Below are positions 1-9,757 of a stretch of DNA of 64,000 nucleotides, one piece after another. The notes below the pieces were generated by a model. That model had not been told where the DNA came from. It did no database searches and worked only from the letters and a program-made list of their open reading frames with translations. How positions within the stretch are numbered: the first letter of the stretch is position 1; the number at the start of each line of letters is the position of its first letter. The position numbers were made by a program, and so were the translations under genes. The stretch covers positions 1,092-65,091 of IMG/VR virus record IMGVR_UViG_3300037453_000856. One strand, given 5' to 3'. Source of the stretch: a virus (lineage: Duplodnaviria; Caudoviricetes).

Positions 1-1293
1 CAGATTCAGGCCATTCCTGCCGCTCATGACTTCGGCCCGGATATTGCTACTGCTAGTAATGCCGTTTTGACCGCTTCTAAGACTTATGCTGACACAAAGC
101 TGCCGAAGTCTGGCGGCACCATGACCGGTGCCATCAATATGGGCAGTAAAAAGATCACTAGTTTGGCCGCTCCTACTTCTGATGCTGATGCCTCCACTAA
201 AAAGTATGTAGATGACGCCAAGGCTGCTGCTATCAGCACCGCCGCTTCCGATGCTGAGTCTAAAGCTAATGCCGCTGAACAGGCCGCTATGTCTGGCGCC
301 GCTCTTGATGCCACCACCAAAGCTAATGCCGCTCTTGCTAACGCTAAGAACTATTCTGACACCAACACTTTGGTCAGGGCTAAGTCTTATGCTGACAGCG
401 CTGCTTCTACCGCCGCTTCTGGCAAAGTCTCTAAGTCCGGCGATACCATGTCTGGTGCTTTGAACATGGGTTCTAAGAAGATCACCAATCTCGCTACCCC
501 TACCAGCAACGCCGACGCCTCTACTAAGAAGTATGTTGACGATGCTGCTGCTTCTGCCGTTTCCACCGCTGCTTCTGATGCCACCACTAAAGCCAATACT
601 GCCGAAAGCAACGCTAAGACATGGGGCAGAGGTGCCACTAACGCTGTTCTCACCGCCGCTAAGACTTATGCTTCGTCTGTTGCTAGCACCGCCGAGTCTA
701 ACGCCAAGACTTATGCCGACGGCGTCGGCTCTTCTACTTTGAACAGTGCTAAAACCTGGGGCCGCGGTGCTACCAACGCTGTGCTTGCCACCGCCAAGAC
801 TTATGCTGCTTCTCAGGCCAGCACCGCTGAATCGAACGCTAAATCCTACGCCGACACTAAGAAGTCCGAAGCCATCAGCTCCGCTTCCTCTGATGCCACT
901 ACTAAGGTCAATGCCGCTAAGCTTCAGGGCTACACCTTTGCCGAAAACCTGAAGATCAAAATGGGCACTGGCGCTGACGCTCCCAAGGCCGCCAACAACT
1001 CTACCGCTTATACTCTTGCTACTGGTCGTGAAAAAATCGCTTTGACCAACACCGTCGCTGGCACTTCTCTTGCTTTGTTTGTCGATGTAATTTCTCCCGA
1101 AGCCACTCCTGTTACCGCTACTGTTCAGGCTGGCAATGCCAGGTATTGCACCGTTAATTTTCCTATTTCTGATGTTCTTCGCGGCAAAACCGTCAGCTTC
1201 CATCTTCTTGTCACTTGCGTGAACACCGCTGATTCCGTTTCTCCTGCCTGTGTCAAGGACTTCTATATCACCCATACTTTTACCGATCTTTAA
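1..1293 (+). CDS. Trimeric fibre/adhesin-like virion protein (5' truncated by window edge)
   Basis: Frame open from position 1; Ala/Thr/Ser-rich heptad-like repeats; two copies of GxTMxGAxNMGSKKITxLAxPTSxADASTKKYVDD fibre motif. Confidence 0.75.
   Translation, partial: QIQAIPAAHDFGPDIATASNAVLTASKTYADTKLPKSGGTMTGAINMGSKKITSLAAPTSDADASTKKYVDDAKAAAISTAASDAESKANAAEQAAMSGAALDATTKANAALANAKNYSDTNTLVRAKSYADSAASTAASGKVSKSGDTMSGALNMGSKKITNLATPTSNADASTKKYVDDAAASAVSTAASDATTKANTAESNAKTWGRGATNAVLTAAKTYASSVASTAESNAKTYADGVGSSTLNSAKTWGRGATNAVLATAKTYAASQASTAESNAKSYADTKKSEAISSASSDATTKVNAAKLQGYTFAENLKIKMGTGADAPKAANNSTAYTLATGREKIALTNTVAGTSLALFVDVISPEATPVTATVQAGNARYCTVNFPISDVLRGKTVSFHLLVTCVNTADSVSPACVKDFYITHTFTDL
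106..560 (+). repeat. Internal duplication of fibre motif (approx 106-235 and 430-560)
   Basis: Two diverged copies encoding KSGxTMxGAxNMGSKKIT...ASTKKYVDD. Confidence 0.85.
616..855 (+). repeat. Tandem 105-bp coding repeat (616-720 and 751-855)
   Basis: KTWGRGATNAVL(T/A)(A/T)AKTYA(S/A)S(V/Q)ASTAESNAK(T/S)YAD twice, synonymously diverged. Confidence 0.9.
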
Positions 1294-1296
1294 TCT

Positions 1297-1887
1297 ATGA
1301 GACCTCTTCTTTTGAGTCTTCTCTTTGCCGCTTCTATGCTCCATGCTGCCTCGTCTTCCATGACCGTCAGCATGGAGTCTAAAGGCGTCCCTAAAGCCGA
1401 GTTCAGGAGCGGCACTAATTCTGTTTACACCGCTTGCAGATCCGAACGCATTAATTCTACAAACGCCATTTACCGTTCTTGCCAAGATTACCCCTTCCAG
1501 TTTTTTGTCTTGACTCAGACTCCCTCTGGTCAAGACACCATGAATTGTTATCCTGGTTATGGTACCTCTGTCGCTTCTCCTATTACTTTTTCCACCACTC
1601 TTAATTGCGTTCTTTTATCTTCTGGCGGCGAGGATGTTCTCATCGAAGCCCTTCCAGCTAACCCTTCCGTTAAGCTTTCTGTTAGCACTCCTTACGTTTC
1701 TGGCGCTTCCGTTAACGAGTTTTCCATCACCAGTACCGGCCACACTTCTGGCTATGTTGATTTTGTCGTTCGTCTTACTTATCAATGCCGCGACCAAGTC
1801 ATTTCCAGAACTGGCGGTAAGTCTCCTGATTACCCTCACGCCCGCGTTCTTCTTTATAAATTTCACGTCCAGTTCCCTCCCGAATAA
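1297..1887 (+). CDS. Secreted beta-rich protein of unknown function
   Basis: Sec-type signal peptide MRPLLLSLLFAASMLHA; late-gene codon usage. Confidence 0.7.
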   Translation: MRPLLLSLLFAASMLHAASSSMTVSMESKGVPKAEFRSGTNSVYTACRSERINSTNAIYRSCQDYPFQFFVLTQTPSGQDTMNCYPGYGTSVASPITFSTTLNCVLLSSGGEDVLIEALPANPSVKLSVSTPYVSGASVNEFSITSTGHTSGYVDFVVRLTYQCRDQVISRTGGKSPDYPHARVLLYKFHVQFPPE

Positions 1888-1941
1888 TTGAGGACGGCGT
1901 TTGGCAATTAGTAATAACTTCATGCACAACCTTTTCTACTT

Positions 1942-2283
1942 ATGATGCGTTTCTACTCCTGGTCCATTCGTAAAGCGCTGCTCGGCCTCGTGGCAGTGTC
2001 CGTCCTCTCCCTTTGCTCTTGTAAGACCTCTGAGCCTGTTTCTGAGCCCGTCTGGAACGATATGTATGAACTTCGTTCCTATCAGGTCGAAGTGATTACC
2101 AATGAGATCGTCACAACCGTCTTTATTTCCGCTCATACCGAAACCAACAAACTTGTCAAGGTTGCCGAACCCGTTACCGACTTTGGCGGTTATGAGTTCG
2201 AGCCTTTGAAGCCTGCTGAGGACATAAATGTCCCTAGCAATGCAATCGAGTTCCAATGCGTTGATGGGAGCTGTACCAAATGA
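1942..2283 (+). CDS. Putative lipoprotein (possible o-spanin or exclusion protein)
   Basis: Basic N-region, hydrophobic core, lipobox-like LSLC/SC. Confidence 0.55.
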   Translation: MMRFYSWSIRKALLGLVAVSVLSLCSCKTSEPVSEPVWNDMYELRSYQVEVITNEIVTTVFISAHTETNKLVKVAEPVTDFGGYEFEPLKPAEDINVPSNAIEFQCVDGSCTK

Positions 2284-2768
2284 GCAACGACCGCGTTGAT
2301 GATCTTGAGCAGCGCTTGTCTGACCTTTCTCTTGATGTTGACAGCGTTAAGAAGCAGGTAGAGGCCGTTGGCTCTAACGTCTCTCATAACTGCAAACTTA
2401 ACAAAGAAAGCTTCGAGAAGCTCAACGAAAAGTTCGATGAGCTTAACGAGACTGTTTTGACTACTATCGGCAGCGTCGTTGGCACTGTTACTGAGCTTTC
2501 CAAAGGCTTGGGTACTGCTGCCGGCCAAATCAACACCAATCAAAAGCAGATAAACCTCTTGTCAGAACGCACTCATAAGCTTTCAATCGCTCTCACCAAA
2601 CGCTCCATGGCTCTCTGGGCCATTCTCGTTGCCATGATCCTCTCGTTTATCGGCGGCAGTCTCGTTAAGTGGTCTAAAGTCGAAAACTACTTTGACAGGA
2701 CTACCGCTGCTGACCGAGCCGAAGTCGTTAAGCAAGCTATCGAAACCGCCGTTAAAGTTTCCAAATAA
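2280..2768 (+). CDS. Coiled-coil protein with one C-terminal TM helix (possible lysis/spanin component)
   Basis: Heptad N-terminus; SMALWAILVAMILSFIGGSLV; overlaps upstream stop (ATGA). Confidence 0.6.
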   Translation: MSNDRVDDLEQRLSDLSLDVDSVKKQVEAVGSNVSHNCKLNKESFEKLNEKFDELNETVLTTIGSVVGTVTELSKGLGTAAGQINTNQKQINLLSERTHKLSIALTKRSMALWAILVAMILSFIGGSLVKWSKVENYFDRTTAADRAEVVKQAIETAVKVSK

Positions 2769-3748
2769 TGTCTCGCACTTACGTTCCAGATTATATTCCC
2801 GGCAACATCGATCTTGCTGACCGTGGTTATAAGACGGCTGTCAACAACAAAGACGGTTCTGTTTCTTCTAATTACACTCACACCTTTCTTGACGATGATG
2901 GTTATTATACCGTTGCTCCTGGCGTAGTCGAAAACGGCCTTTATGATTATCGCGTTGGCTCTCCTCAAGATTCCAGAGATCGTTTCAACCGAACCGGAGA
3001 GTTCTTTGGTAAGTTCCGTAACCTCTCTGATTCCGAAGATTTTGCTCATCGCAATCATCTTTTATCTTATTTTGACATGAAGGACACTCCCGATGCCCTT
3101 CTTGACGAAAGAGCTCGCCATCGTAAATACATTCACAATCGCGACACCACTTATCCCAAAGGCGATTCTTCTTTCGTCCCTTCTTACGACGATTCTTACC
3201 TCCCTTACACTCATGGCGTCCCTGTCCGCACCAATCTTTACGATGATGAAGATATGTTTTATAAAAGTCATCCCGAGGTTGCCGGCATGTTTACCGACTA
3301 TGCTCATGACATTACGTTCAACCCTTACGGCGTTGCTCGCGACGACGTGCGCAAGCGCGGTCTTGCCGAGCTCGAGGCTTTCCGCGGCTTCGCTGATCAG
3401 TATGTTTTCGACCATCCCGAAGTTCTTGGCAACGCTCTTTCTTATATGTCTCCCGAGGCTCGTGAGCTTTACCAGCATTATTCCCCTTATCCCGTTGATC
3501 AGCTCATGACTCGTCTCTCTCGCCATCATGTTGGCGACGATCCCTATGTTCCTCTTTCTTCTGACGAACTTTCTCTTTACGACTCCGTCTCCGATTATAT
3601 GTCTAACAACGAGTTCGAGCCTCGCAAACTTCACTGGGTTGATGCGCGCGGCGAATCTCCTTGGACCCCCGCTGACCGTGCCTATCATCGTAACGCCTTC
3701 GATTCCGCTTTAAACAAAGTCCTTTCATCCCGCTCCCTTTCCGAATAA
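2768..3748 (+). CDS. Probable internal virion protein with two conserved phage domains of unknown function
   Basis: NKDGSVS...TGEFFGKF...AHRNH and HPEVAGM...ITFNPY...ELEAFR segments resemble modules I recall from podovirus ejected proteins. Confidence 0.55.
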   Translation: MSRTYVPDYIPGNIDLADRGYKTAVNNKDGSVSSNYTHTFLDDDGYYTVAPGVVENGLYDYRVGSPQDSRDRFNRTGEFFGKFRNLSDSEDFAHRNHLLSYFDMKDTPDALLDERARHRKYIHNRDTTYPKGDSSFVPSYDDSYLPYTHGVPVRTNLYDDEDMFYKSHPEVAGMFTDYAHDITFNPYGVARDDVRKRGLAELEAFRGFADQYVFDHPEVLGNALSYMSPEARELYQHYSPYPVDQLMTRLSRHHVGDDPYVPLSSDELSLYDSVSDYMSNNEFEPRKLHWVDARGESPWTPADRAYHRNAFDSALNKVLSSRSLSE

Positions 3749-3750
3749 CT

Positions 3751-4419
3751 ATGAAATCTTCTTCCTATCTCCATCCCGACCCCGAATACCGCTCTAAGGC
3801 TTTCCCTTCTAGGCCTTTTCCTTCTCCCGGCTCTACCCCTCTTTCTGACGCTGTTTCCCCCAACGACCGCATAGTTCCTCCTTTGCCTGCTTTCGATACC
3901 GACCCTTGGATGTACCGTTTTCCTCAGTACCGCGATGACAACTATTATCAAAACGAGATGAGGTATATTCCTCACAAGACTCTCGAGCCCCTTTTTGACG
4001 ACCAAGGTATTATCCGCGACGATTACGATGATGCCGAGTGGGAAGCCTCCCTTAAATATGCTCCTCCCGATGTTAGGAATGATTTGATCAACGCTAACCC
4101 CAAATATAAACTCCCTCCTTTCGGTACTTATGAGCTTACTCCTGCTGAACGCGCTCGTAATATCGGCAAGAGTCTCATTGGTGCCGCCCGTGATTTTGTC
4201 AACCCCGCTGGCGTTTCTGGCAAGGCCTTTAACGCTCTTCGCGGCACTGGCGAGTTCATCGGTGATAAGATCGCCGACGGCATGCAGTGGGCTTATGATA
4301 AGTATGTCGATCCCGGCAATCCGCCTGCCAATCCTTTCCGCGTCCAGAGTCCTGAAGATTTAGACGCAACCTTTAATGATATTGGTAATTTTGACCTCAA
4401 CAAATATGCTGGATATTGA
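3751..4419 (+). CDS. Hypothetical Pro/Asp/Tyr-rich virion-associated protein
   Basis: Tightly packed in late operon, late codon bias. Confidence 0.7.
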   Translation: MKSSSYLHPDPEYRSKAFPSRPFPSPGSTPLSDAVSPNDRIVPPLPAFDTDPWMYRFPQYRDDNYYQNEMRYIPHKTLEPLFDDQGIIRDDYDDAEWEASLKYAPPDVRNDLINANPKYKLPPFGTYELTPAERARNIGKSLIGAARDFVNPAGVSGKAFNALRGTGEFIGDKIADGMQWAYDKYVDPGNPPANPFRVQSPEDLDATFNDIGNFDLNKYAGY

Positions 4420-5144
4420 TTATGAAGCTCTTTAAATCAAAAAAACCCGTGCCTAAACCTCGCCTCTCTTCTAAGGCTTCTTCCAAGGTTTCTTCTAAGA
4501 CCCCGTCCCTCTCTCCCCGTTCTTCTCTTTCCGAACGCGTTCTTCGCTCTGCCCCTCTCGATACTCTCCCTCTTCCTCCTCCCCCCTCGCGTACTATCGA
4601 GTACGATCCGCGCGCGCAGCTTCCCAACACAATCGACAGTGATCTTGAGTGGGTCGCTGGTATGAGCGGTTGGGGTCACCCCGATCTCTATCCCGAGAAC
4701 CTTCCTGGCAACTTTATTATTCGCGCGCTCAATGAGGTTAACGGCATTAACTGGGGCGCAAACCCCAATTTCGTTAACAGCCTCGGCGAAAGTTCCGGCG
4801 GCAACCTTTTGGGCAACCACGGCGGCTATCAAGTCCGTTTTCCTCAGTCTCCCGAAAAAATTGGCCGCGTTGGTTTTGACGATCCTTCTTATTACATGTT
4901 CCCTCCTAAAGAGCTTCGTGGCCGTACTGTTTATACTGAAGATATGCCTTGGGATCTTCCTGGCAAAATCACCTCTCTTGCTCCCTTGCAATTTATCGAT
5001 CTTCTTCGTAAGTACACCGGCTTTGACCCTTCTTCTAAGGCCGAACCCGGCAAATCTAACTATGATCCTGAGCTTGATTATTGGCCTCACTCTCGTCTTC
5101 GTAAGTCTCTTTCTCCTACATCTGATGCCGATATCGAGAACTAA
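4416..5144 (+). CDS. Hypothetical protein, basic Ser/Pro-rich N-terminus
   Basis: Coupled to upstream gene; late codon bias. Confidence 0.7.
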   Translation: MIMKLFKSKKPVPKPRLSSKASSKVSSKTPSLSPRSSLSERVLRSAPLDTLPLPPPPSRTIEYDPRAQLPNTIDSDLEWVAGMSGWGHPDLYPENLPGNFIIRALNEVNGINWGANPNFVNSLGESSGGNLLGNHGGYQVRFPQSPEKIGRVGFDDPSYYMFPPKELRGRTVYTEDMPWDLPGKITSLAPLQFIDLLRKYTGFDPSSKAEPGKSNYDPELDYWPHSRLRKSLSPTSDADIEN

Positions 5145-5214
5145 GAACTCCTTGATGTAATCAGTTCTCTTTTATTTTATACCTTTCCTTTATAACCTCC
5201 ACCTTTATCTTTTT

Positions 5215-5397
5215 ATGGCTACCAATAAGACTACTACCGAAACCAGCAAAGAACAGTCCTTTCTCGAAATCATCGCCGAAAAGCTCAAAGAAGCCTTTAG
5301 CGACTTCTGGAAAGAAAACAAAGACAGCGTTGTCGGTCTTCTGAAGGCTTTTGCCAACGATGTCCTCGAAAAGTTCAAAACTTTGCTCAAAAAGTAA
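5215..5397 (+). CDS. Small amphipathic helical protein
   Basis: 60 aa; TAATG coupling to next ORF. Confidence 0.6.
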   Translation: MATNKTTTETSKEQSFLEIIAEKLKEAFSDFWKENKDSVVGLLKAFANDVLEKFKTLLKK

Positions 5398-5585
5398 TGT
5401 TTGACTTTGTCCGTGACAAAATCACTTCTTGGTATCTTACCAAGGAGACCATAGATCGGTACACCGAGGTGCTCTCGGAAGCTTTTTTTGAGACCCTCGG
5501 TGATTCCGAGATCCGCGACAAATATCGCAGAGAGATCTTTGCTATTTTCCTTAACCTTCTTCAGTCTTTTATCAAGGTTTTATGA
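5397..5585 (+). CDS. Small hypothetical protein
   Basis: 62 aa; coupled on both sides. Confidence 0.6.
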   Translation: MFDFVRDKITSWYLTKETIDRYTEVLSEAFFETLGDSEIRDKYRREIFAIFLNLLQSFIKVL

Positions 5586-5911
5586 GGTTTCTTTTACTCG
5601 CTGCTCTTTCGTTTTTTCTCTTCGGTTGCAAGGTCGCCACTCTTTATGACAATTATGGCGCCGTCGCTTCCATCGAAAACGGCTCTTTTAAAGACATGTC
5701 TTCTCACGAGGAATACTCTGTAGAGTATGCTACCCCGCAGAACATTGTCAACACCAATACTCCTCTTTATAGGCTTGGCATACCCACGAACCAGGTCAAG
5801 TCCATCACCGTCGTTCGCGAGGTCAAGTCTTCGTCCCAGGGCGGCACCATCTTCTCCGCTATTGGTGACGCCTTTATCGGTACTTGCCGTATGGCTGCCG
5901 GCGTATTCTAA
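5582..5911 (+). CDS. Putative lipoprotein
   Basis: MRFLLLAALSFFLFGC: classic lipobox LFGC. Confidence 0.7.
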   Translation: MRFLLLAALSFFLFGCKVATLYDNYGAVASIENGSFKDMSSHEEYSVEYATPQNIVNTNTPLYRLGIPTNQVKSITVVREVKSSSQGGTIFSAIGDAFIGTCRMAAGVF

Positions 5912-7938
5912 TGCCCGATATTTCCGCTGATTATTACCCCAGCTTTTTGCTTGGCAAGTCTGTTTCCGAAGACTCCTCCAGTCCTCACCGTAGGCCTGTT
6001 CCTTCTTCTTATCGTCTTTTGCATCCCGACGATTCTTACGACTACAACTCTGCCGTCCCCTACTCGCCTCTTAAATATTCTTCTGCTGATTTTGCTCTTG
6101 ATCGCGCCGCTGCTCTTCAGCGTCTTTCTGACCTTTATTATTCCAGCGAGAATCTTTCCCCTGAACTTCAAACTGCTCTTGCTTCTAAGTATAATTCTCT
6201 TGTCTCTGAAGACGAAGAGATTCACGACCTTTTTGACAAGATGCCTGGTTTGTTCGAGTCCGTTTCCGAAAACTCTTCCGATTACGACTCTTACATGTCT
6301 GGCCTTGCTAAAAATTACTCCCTCATGGATCGCGCTTATAAGCAGGCTGTCGGGCGTCTTGGCGATCAACCCCCTTTAAACTCTTACGCCTCTCACTCTT
6401 ATCCTCTTTATAACATTTACAAAAACGTTGTCGAAGGTTTTAAGGACTATTTCAATAAAGACGATAGTTCTTTTAAGTCTTATCTCAACGCTCAAGATCG
6501 TTTTTCTGGCGGCGACACTTTAGGCGATAAGCTTTCTGGCTTTGCTGACGTTGGCACCTCTAATCCTGTTACTGACGCTCTTTCTTACGTTTTCCTTCGC
6601 CGCCCTGTTCAGCTTTATCCTTATCACGAAGGCGAAAATTCCTCTTCCGAAGAATTTCCTTCTGGCGTTTTTAACCCTTATCTTTCTCTTGGAACCGGCA
6701 CTAAAGGCTCTTCCCTTGTTTCTTATGCTTGGGAAAATCTTGTAAATTCACTTAACGATCCGATTTCTCGCGGTATTTATAGTCACAATAAGCTTGCTCT
6801 TCCTCTTAACCCCATGTCGAAAGAGCAGTTTGCCAAGCATTATTTCTCTGATTTCGATCCTGACGTTAATAACGATGCCGCTACCAATCGTGAATTTGAG
6901 CGTGCTCTTTATTTTGGCGTTGATCCTCTTACTGACGAAGCCGAAGTTAATATTCCTCGCGGTCGCGCTCTTGGTTACGATCGCCTTGTTCCTTATACTC
7001 TTGCTCCTACCGCAATTTCTTGGGCCCCCAATATCGTTCATGGTCTTGCCGATTTCGCCACTTTTCCTCTTGAGCCCGGTACCATGTCCGAGATGTCCCT
7101 CGCCAATCGTTATGCCATTGGCCCTCTCTCTTCTCTTATCTCCAGCCGCATTCCTTCCGCCCTTTCCAAAGCCTCTAACGTTTCTGGCAAGCTTTCCGAT
7201 CTTGAACGTAAAACGTGGAACGCCATGGAGACTGGCGATTCCGGCGTTTTCGATAAGTTGGCCAACGACTCCTATGTTTCTTATCTCACTGGTGCCGATG
7301 GCGCTTCCGATTTTTCTTTTGACCCTCTCGCTGATCAATCTTTTTATACTCGCGCTCTTGGCCTCGACAAGCACCCTAATAAGCTTTTTGCTCGCACCTT
7401 CTTTCCCAACTCTACTGACGCCTCTGTCCTTCTTCGCAATTTTGAGCCTTATCGTTCTTTTTCTGACGCCTCTATCGCCACTCGCTCTGGCCTTGGTAGA
7501 GCTCTTTACAAGAAAATTCCTGATCGTTTCTTCCACGACTTTTTGTTTCTTTCTGCCGGCAGCCCCTTTATCAACTCTATGAGTGAGGCTTCTACCAAAC
7601 TTTTCGACCCTTCTTCCGACCCCGACAACCGCAAAATCGTTTCTCCCGACGACGAATATTCTTTCAAATCCTCTCCCCAGTACCTTTTTGACAACAACAC
7701 CGATCGCAACCGCTTTTCTTATTCTTCCCTCGACACTTCTGGCTCTCCCAAGCAAACTCCTTTTGACCTTTATAAGTCTTACGTCGATTATTTTAAACCT
7801 TATTATTCCGGTAGCTTTCAAGATCCCGATCAAAAGATTCCTTCGCGCGGTCTTGATATGTTCGTTCCTTCGACCCCTTCTTATGACCCTGGCGAATTTG
7901 TTCTCGGTCGTAAGCCTAACCATAACAAGAAGAAATAA
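5884..7938 (+). CDS. Large Ser/Asp/Tyr-rich internal virion (ejection-type) protein; likely start ATG 5911
   Basis: 684-aa ORF; composition like the 20873-31637 block; TAATG coupling at 5909-5913. Confidence 0.65.
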   Translation: MPYGCRRILMPDISADYYPSFLLGKSVSEDSSSPHRRPVPSSYRLLHPDDSYDYNSAVPYSPLKYSSADFALDRAAALQRLSDLYYSSENLSPELQTALASKYNSLVSEDEEIHDLFDKMPGLFESVSENSSDYDSYMSGLAKNYSLMDRAYKQAVGRLGDQPPLNSYASHSYPLYNIYKNVVEGFKDYFNKDDSSFKSYLNAQDRFSGGDTLGDKLSGFADVGTSNPVTDALSYVFLRRPVQLYPYHEGENSSSEEFPSGVFNPYLSLGTGTKGSSLVSYAWENLVNSLNDPISRGIYSHNKLALPLNPMSKEQFAKHYFSDFDPDVNNDAATNREFERALYFGVDPLTDEAEVNIPRGRALGYDRLVPYTLAPTAISWAPNIVHGLADFATFPLEPGTMSEMSLANRYAIGPLSSLISSRIPSALSKASNVSGKLSDLERKTWNAMETGDSGVFDKLANDSYVSYLTGADGASDFSFDPLADQSFYTRALGLDKHPNKLFARTFFPNSTDASVLLRNFEPYRSFSDASIATRSGLGRALYKKIPDRFFHDFLFLSAGSPFINSMSEASTKLFDPSSDPDNRKIVSPDDEYSFKSSPQYLFDNNTDRNRFSYSSLDTSGSPKQTPFDLYKSYVDYFKPYYSGSFQDPDQKIPSRGLDMFVPSTPSYDPGEFVLGRKPNHNKKK

Positions 7939-7940
7939 TC

Positions 7941-8321
7941 ATGCCTCCTATTGTACCCTTTGATTGGACAGCCTCTTTCCTCAATTCCTCCTCTGAGGAT
8001 CGCACCGCTATTCTTCAGCGTCTTCTCGACGCCGAGCTTGATGCTTCTACTCTTTCTGAGTTTAAGTCTTCTCAGTCTTATAAGCTTTTTTGTGAGTTTA
8101 TTCGCGACCAGATGGCTCGCATCCAGGAAAATATGTTCCAGATCGTCGAAGCCGATATTGGCGTTCTTTCCTCTTCCGAGAAGCGCGACGCCGTCTTTAA
8201 CTGCGCTTGCGCTCTTAAGTCTTATCGCGACCTTCTCGCTTTTATTGACAACACTATCGAGTTTGGTAAAGTTGCATCTACCCAAGCTCAGACCCTTAGC
8301 TCTATAAACACCCCTAAATAA
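7941..8321 (+). CDS. Hypothetical helical head-module protein
   Basis: Position upstream of scaffold/capsid genes. Confidence 0.65.
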   Translation: MPPIVPFDWTASFLNSSSEDRTAILQRLLDAELDASTLSEFKSSQSYKLFCEFIRDQMARIQENMFQIVEADIGVLSSSEKRDAVFNCACALKSYRDLLAFIDNTIEFGKVASTQAQTLSSINTPK

Positions 8322-8346
8322 CCCTTAATTTCAAATCTGGCAAACA

Positions 8347-8619
8347 ATGCAGACTCTTAACTCCAAAAAGTACGGGCTTCGCGACGCCAGACCGTCCAAG
8401 ATCTTCATTACCGACTCTGAGAACCAGGCGTTAAACCGCTTCTTCTCTAAGTGTCGGCATGAAGCCATCGAGTACGGCGACACCATCATCAGATGGAAAG
8501 CCGGAAAGATCGTTCATGTCTTTTTTGAAGACTCGGTCCCCGTCGTTGTCCGCCAGTCCGAAAACGGCGCCTCTAACTCTACTTCTACAGAAGTAGCTCC
8601 TTCCCAATCAAACTCCTAA
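8347..8619 (+). CDS. Small protein, DUF2292/YezD-like
   Basis: IEYGDTIIRWKAGKIVHV resembles DUF2292 pattern. Confidence 0.4.
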   Translation: MQTLNSKKYGLRDARPSKIFITDSENQALNRFFSKCRHEAIEYGDTIIRWKAGKIVHVFFEDSVPVVVRQSENGASNSTSTEVAPSQSNS

Positions 8620-8634
8620 CAAAGGATTACCACT

Positions 8635-9738
8635 ATGGCTAATGACCCTTCTCTCGATGAACTGAATCCCGACGTCAATTTGGACGACAATTCTATTTCT
8701 GATACTTCCGATCAGAGCATTGACGATCAGCTCGGTTCTTACTCCCTTGATGACGAACCCAGTCCTTCTCCCGATCTTCCTGTCGAAGATCAGCTTGATG
8801 AAGACGACAACTCCGACGACGATGACGGCCATCCTGACGATGGCGACGAAAACGCCCCTGATCCCTCTTCGCAGCTGCCTCCTCCTTCCCAGGACGGTGG
8901 CGCCAACAACGAATACATCAAACGTTTTCTTGCCTCTCGCCAGGCCCGCGAACAGGCTCTCGCCCAGCGCGAAGAAGCTGTTCGCCGTCAGGCTCAGGCT
9001 ATTTACGCCGAAAGGCTCCGTCAGAAGCATTATGCCGAGTTCGCTAAGGCTCAGGAAGAAAAGCAGCGTGCCGAACAGCAGCGCAATCTTCCGCCTGCTG
9101 AAAAGGACCCTGCTCGTTATCAGTACTATCTTACGCTTTGTCGCTTCATGCCTCCTCAGCAGGCTCTTGCGCTCGTCAACGAGCAGGACACTTATTATGA
9201 AGCCCAGTTCGAAAAGCGCTTTGGCAAAGCTATGGAGAAGTTCGCTCCTTACTTTGAGCGCCAGGCTGAAGAAGCTTATGTTACGGATCTTGGCAATCTT
9301 GCCTATTCCCACATCAGCAACTTCCACAATGCCGCTTCTCAGTTTGACGTTGGCATAACCCCTGAAGAGAGCAAGGCTGTCGTTATGGCTTACCTTAAGT
9401 CCTACATCGACGCCGGCCACCGCGATCTTCGCGATATTGACCGTTGGTTCTCTGCCAACTCAGCCAATATCTTGGCAGCCACCGTTCGCGAAAAGAGAAG
9501 GATTCTCGCTGAAGATCAGCAACGCAACAACGCGAAAAAACCTCCAACCCCGTCTTCTACCGTCATTCCCTCCACCAAGCTCGCCAATCAGAAGCTTGTT
9601 AGCACAGGCGACGAAGCCCGCATGAAATCTGACGGCGCCATCACAGGCGGCGCAAGTTCCGGCGGCAACAACGCCTCTGCCGGCTTGATTAAATCGCTTA
9701 TGGAGCAGACTGGTATTAACGGTTTCACCGCTAACTAA
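8635..9738 (+). CDS. Capsid scaffolding protein
   Basis: Very acidic disordered N-terminus, coiled coil, directly upstream of major capsid gene. Confidence 0.75.
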   Translation: MANDPSLDELNPDVNLDDNSISDTSDQSIDDQLGSYSLDDEPSPSPDLPVEDQLDEDDNSDDDDGHPDDGDENAPDPSSQLPPPSQDGGANNEYIKRFLASRQAREQALAQREEAVRRQAQAIYAERLRQKHYAEFAKAQEEKQRAEQQRNLPPAEKDPARYQYYLTLCRFMPPQQALALVNEQDTYYEAQFEKRFGKAMEKFAPYFERQAEEAYVTDLGNLAYSHISNFHNAASQFDVGITPEESKAVVMAYLKSYIDAGHRDLRDIDRWFSANSANILAATVREKRRILAEDQQRNNAKKPPTPSSTVIPSTKLANQKLVSTGDEARMKSDGAITGGASSGGNNASAGLIKSLMEQTGINGFTAN

Positions 9739-9757
9739 TACCCTTCTATAAAAAACT

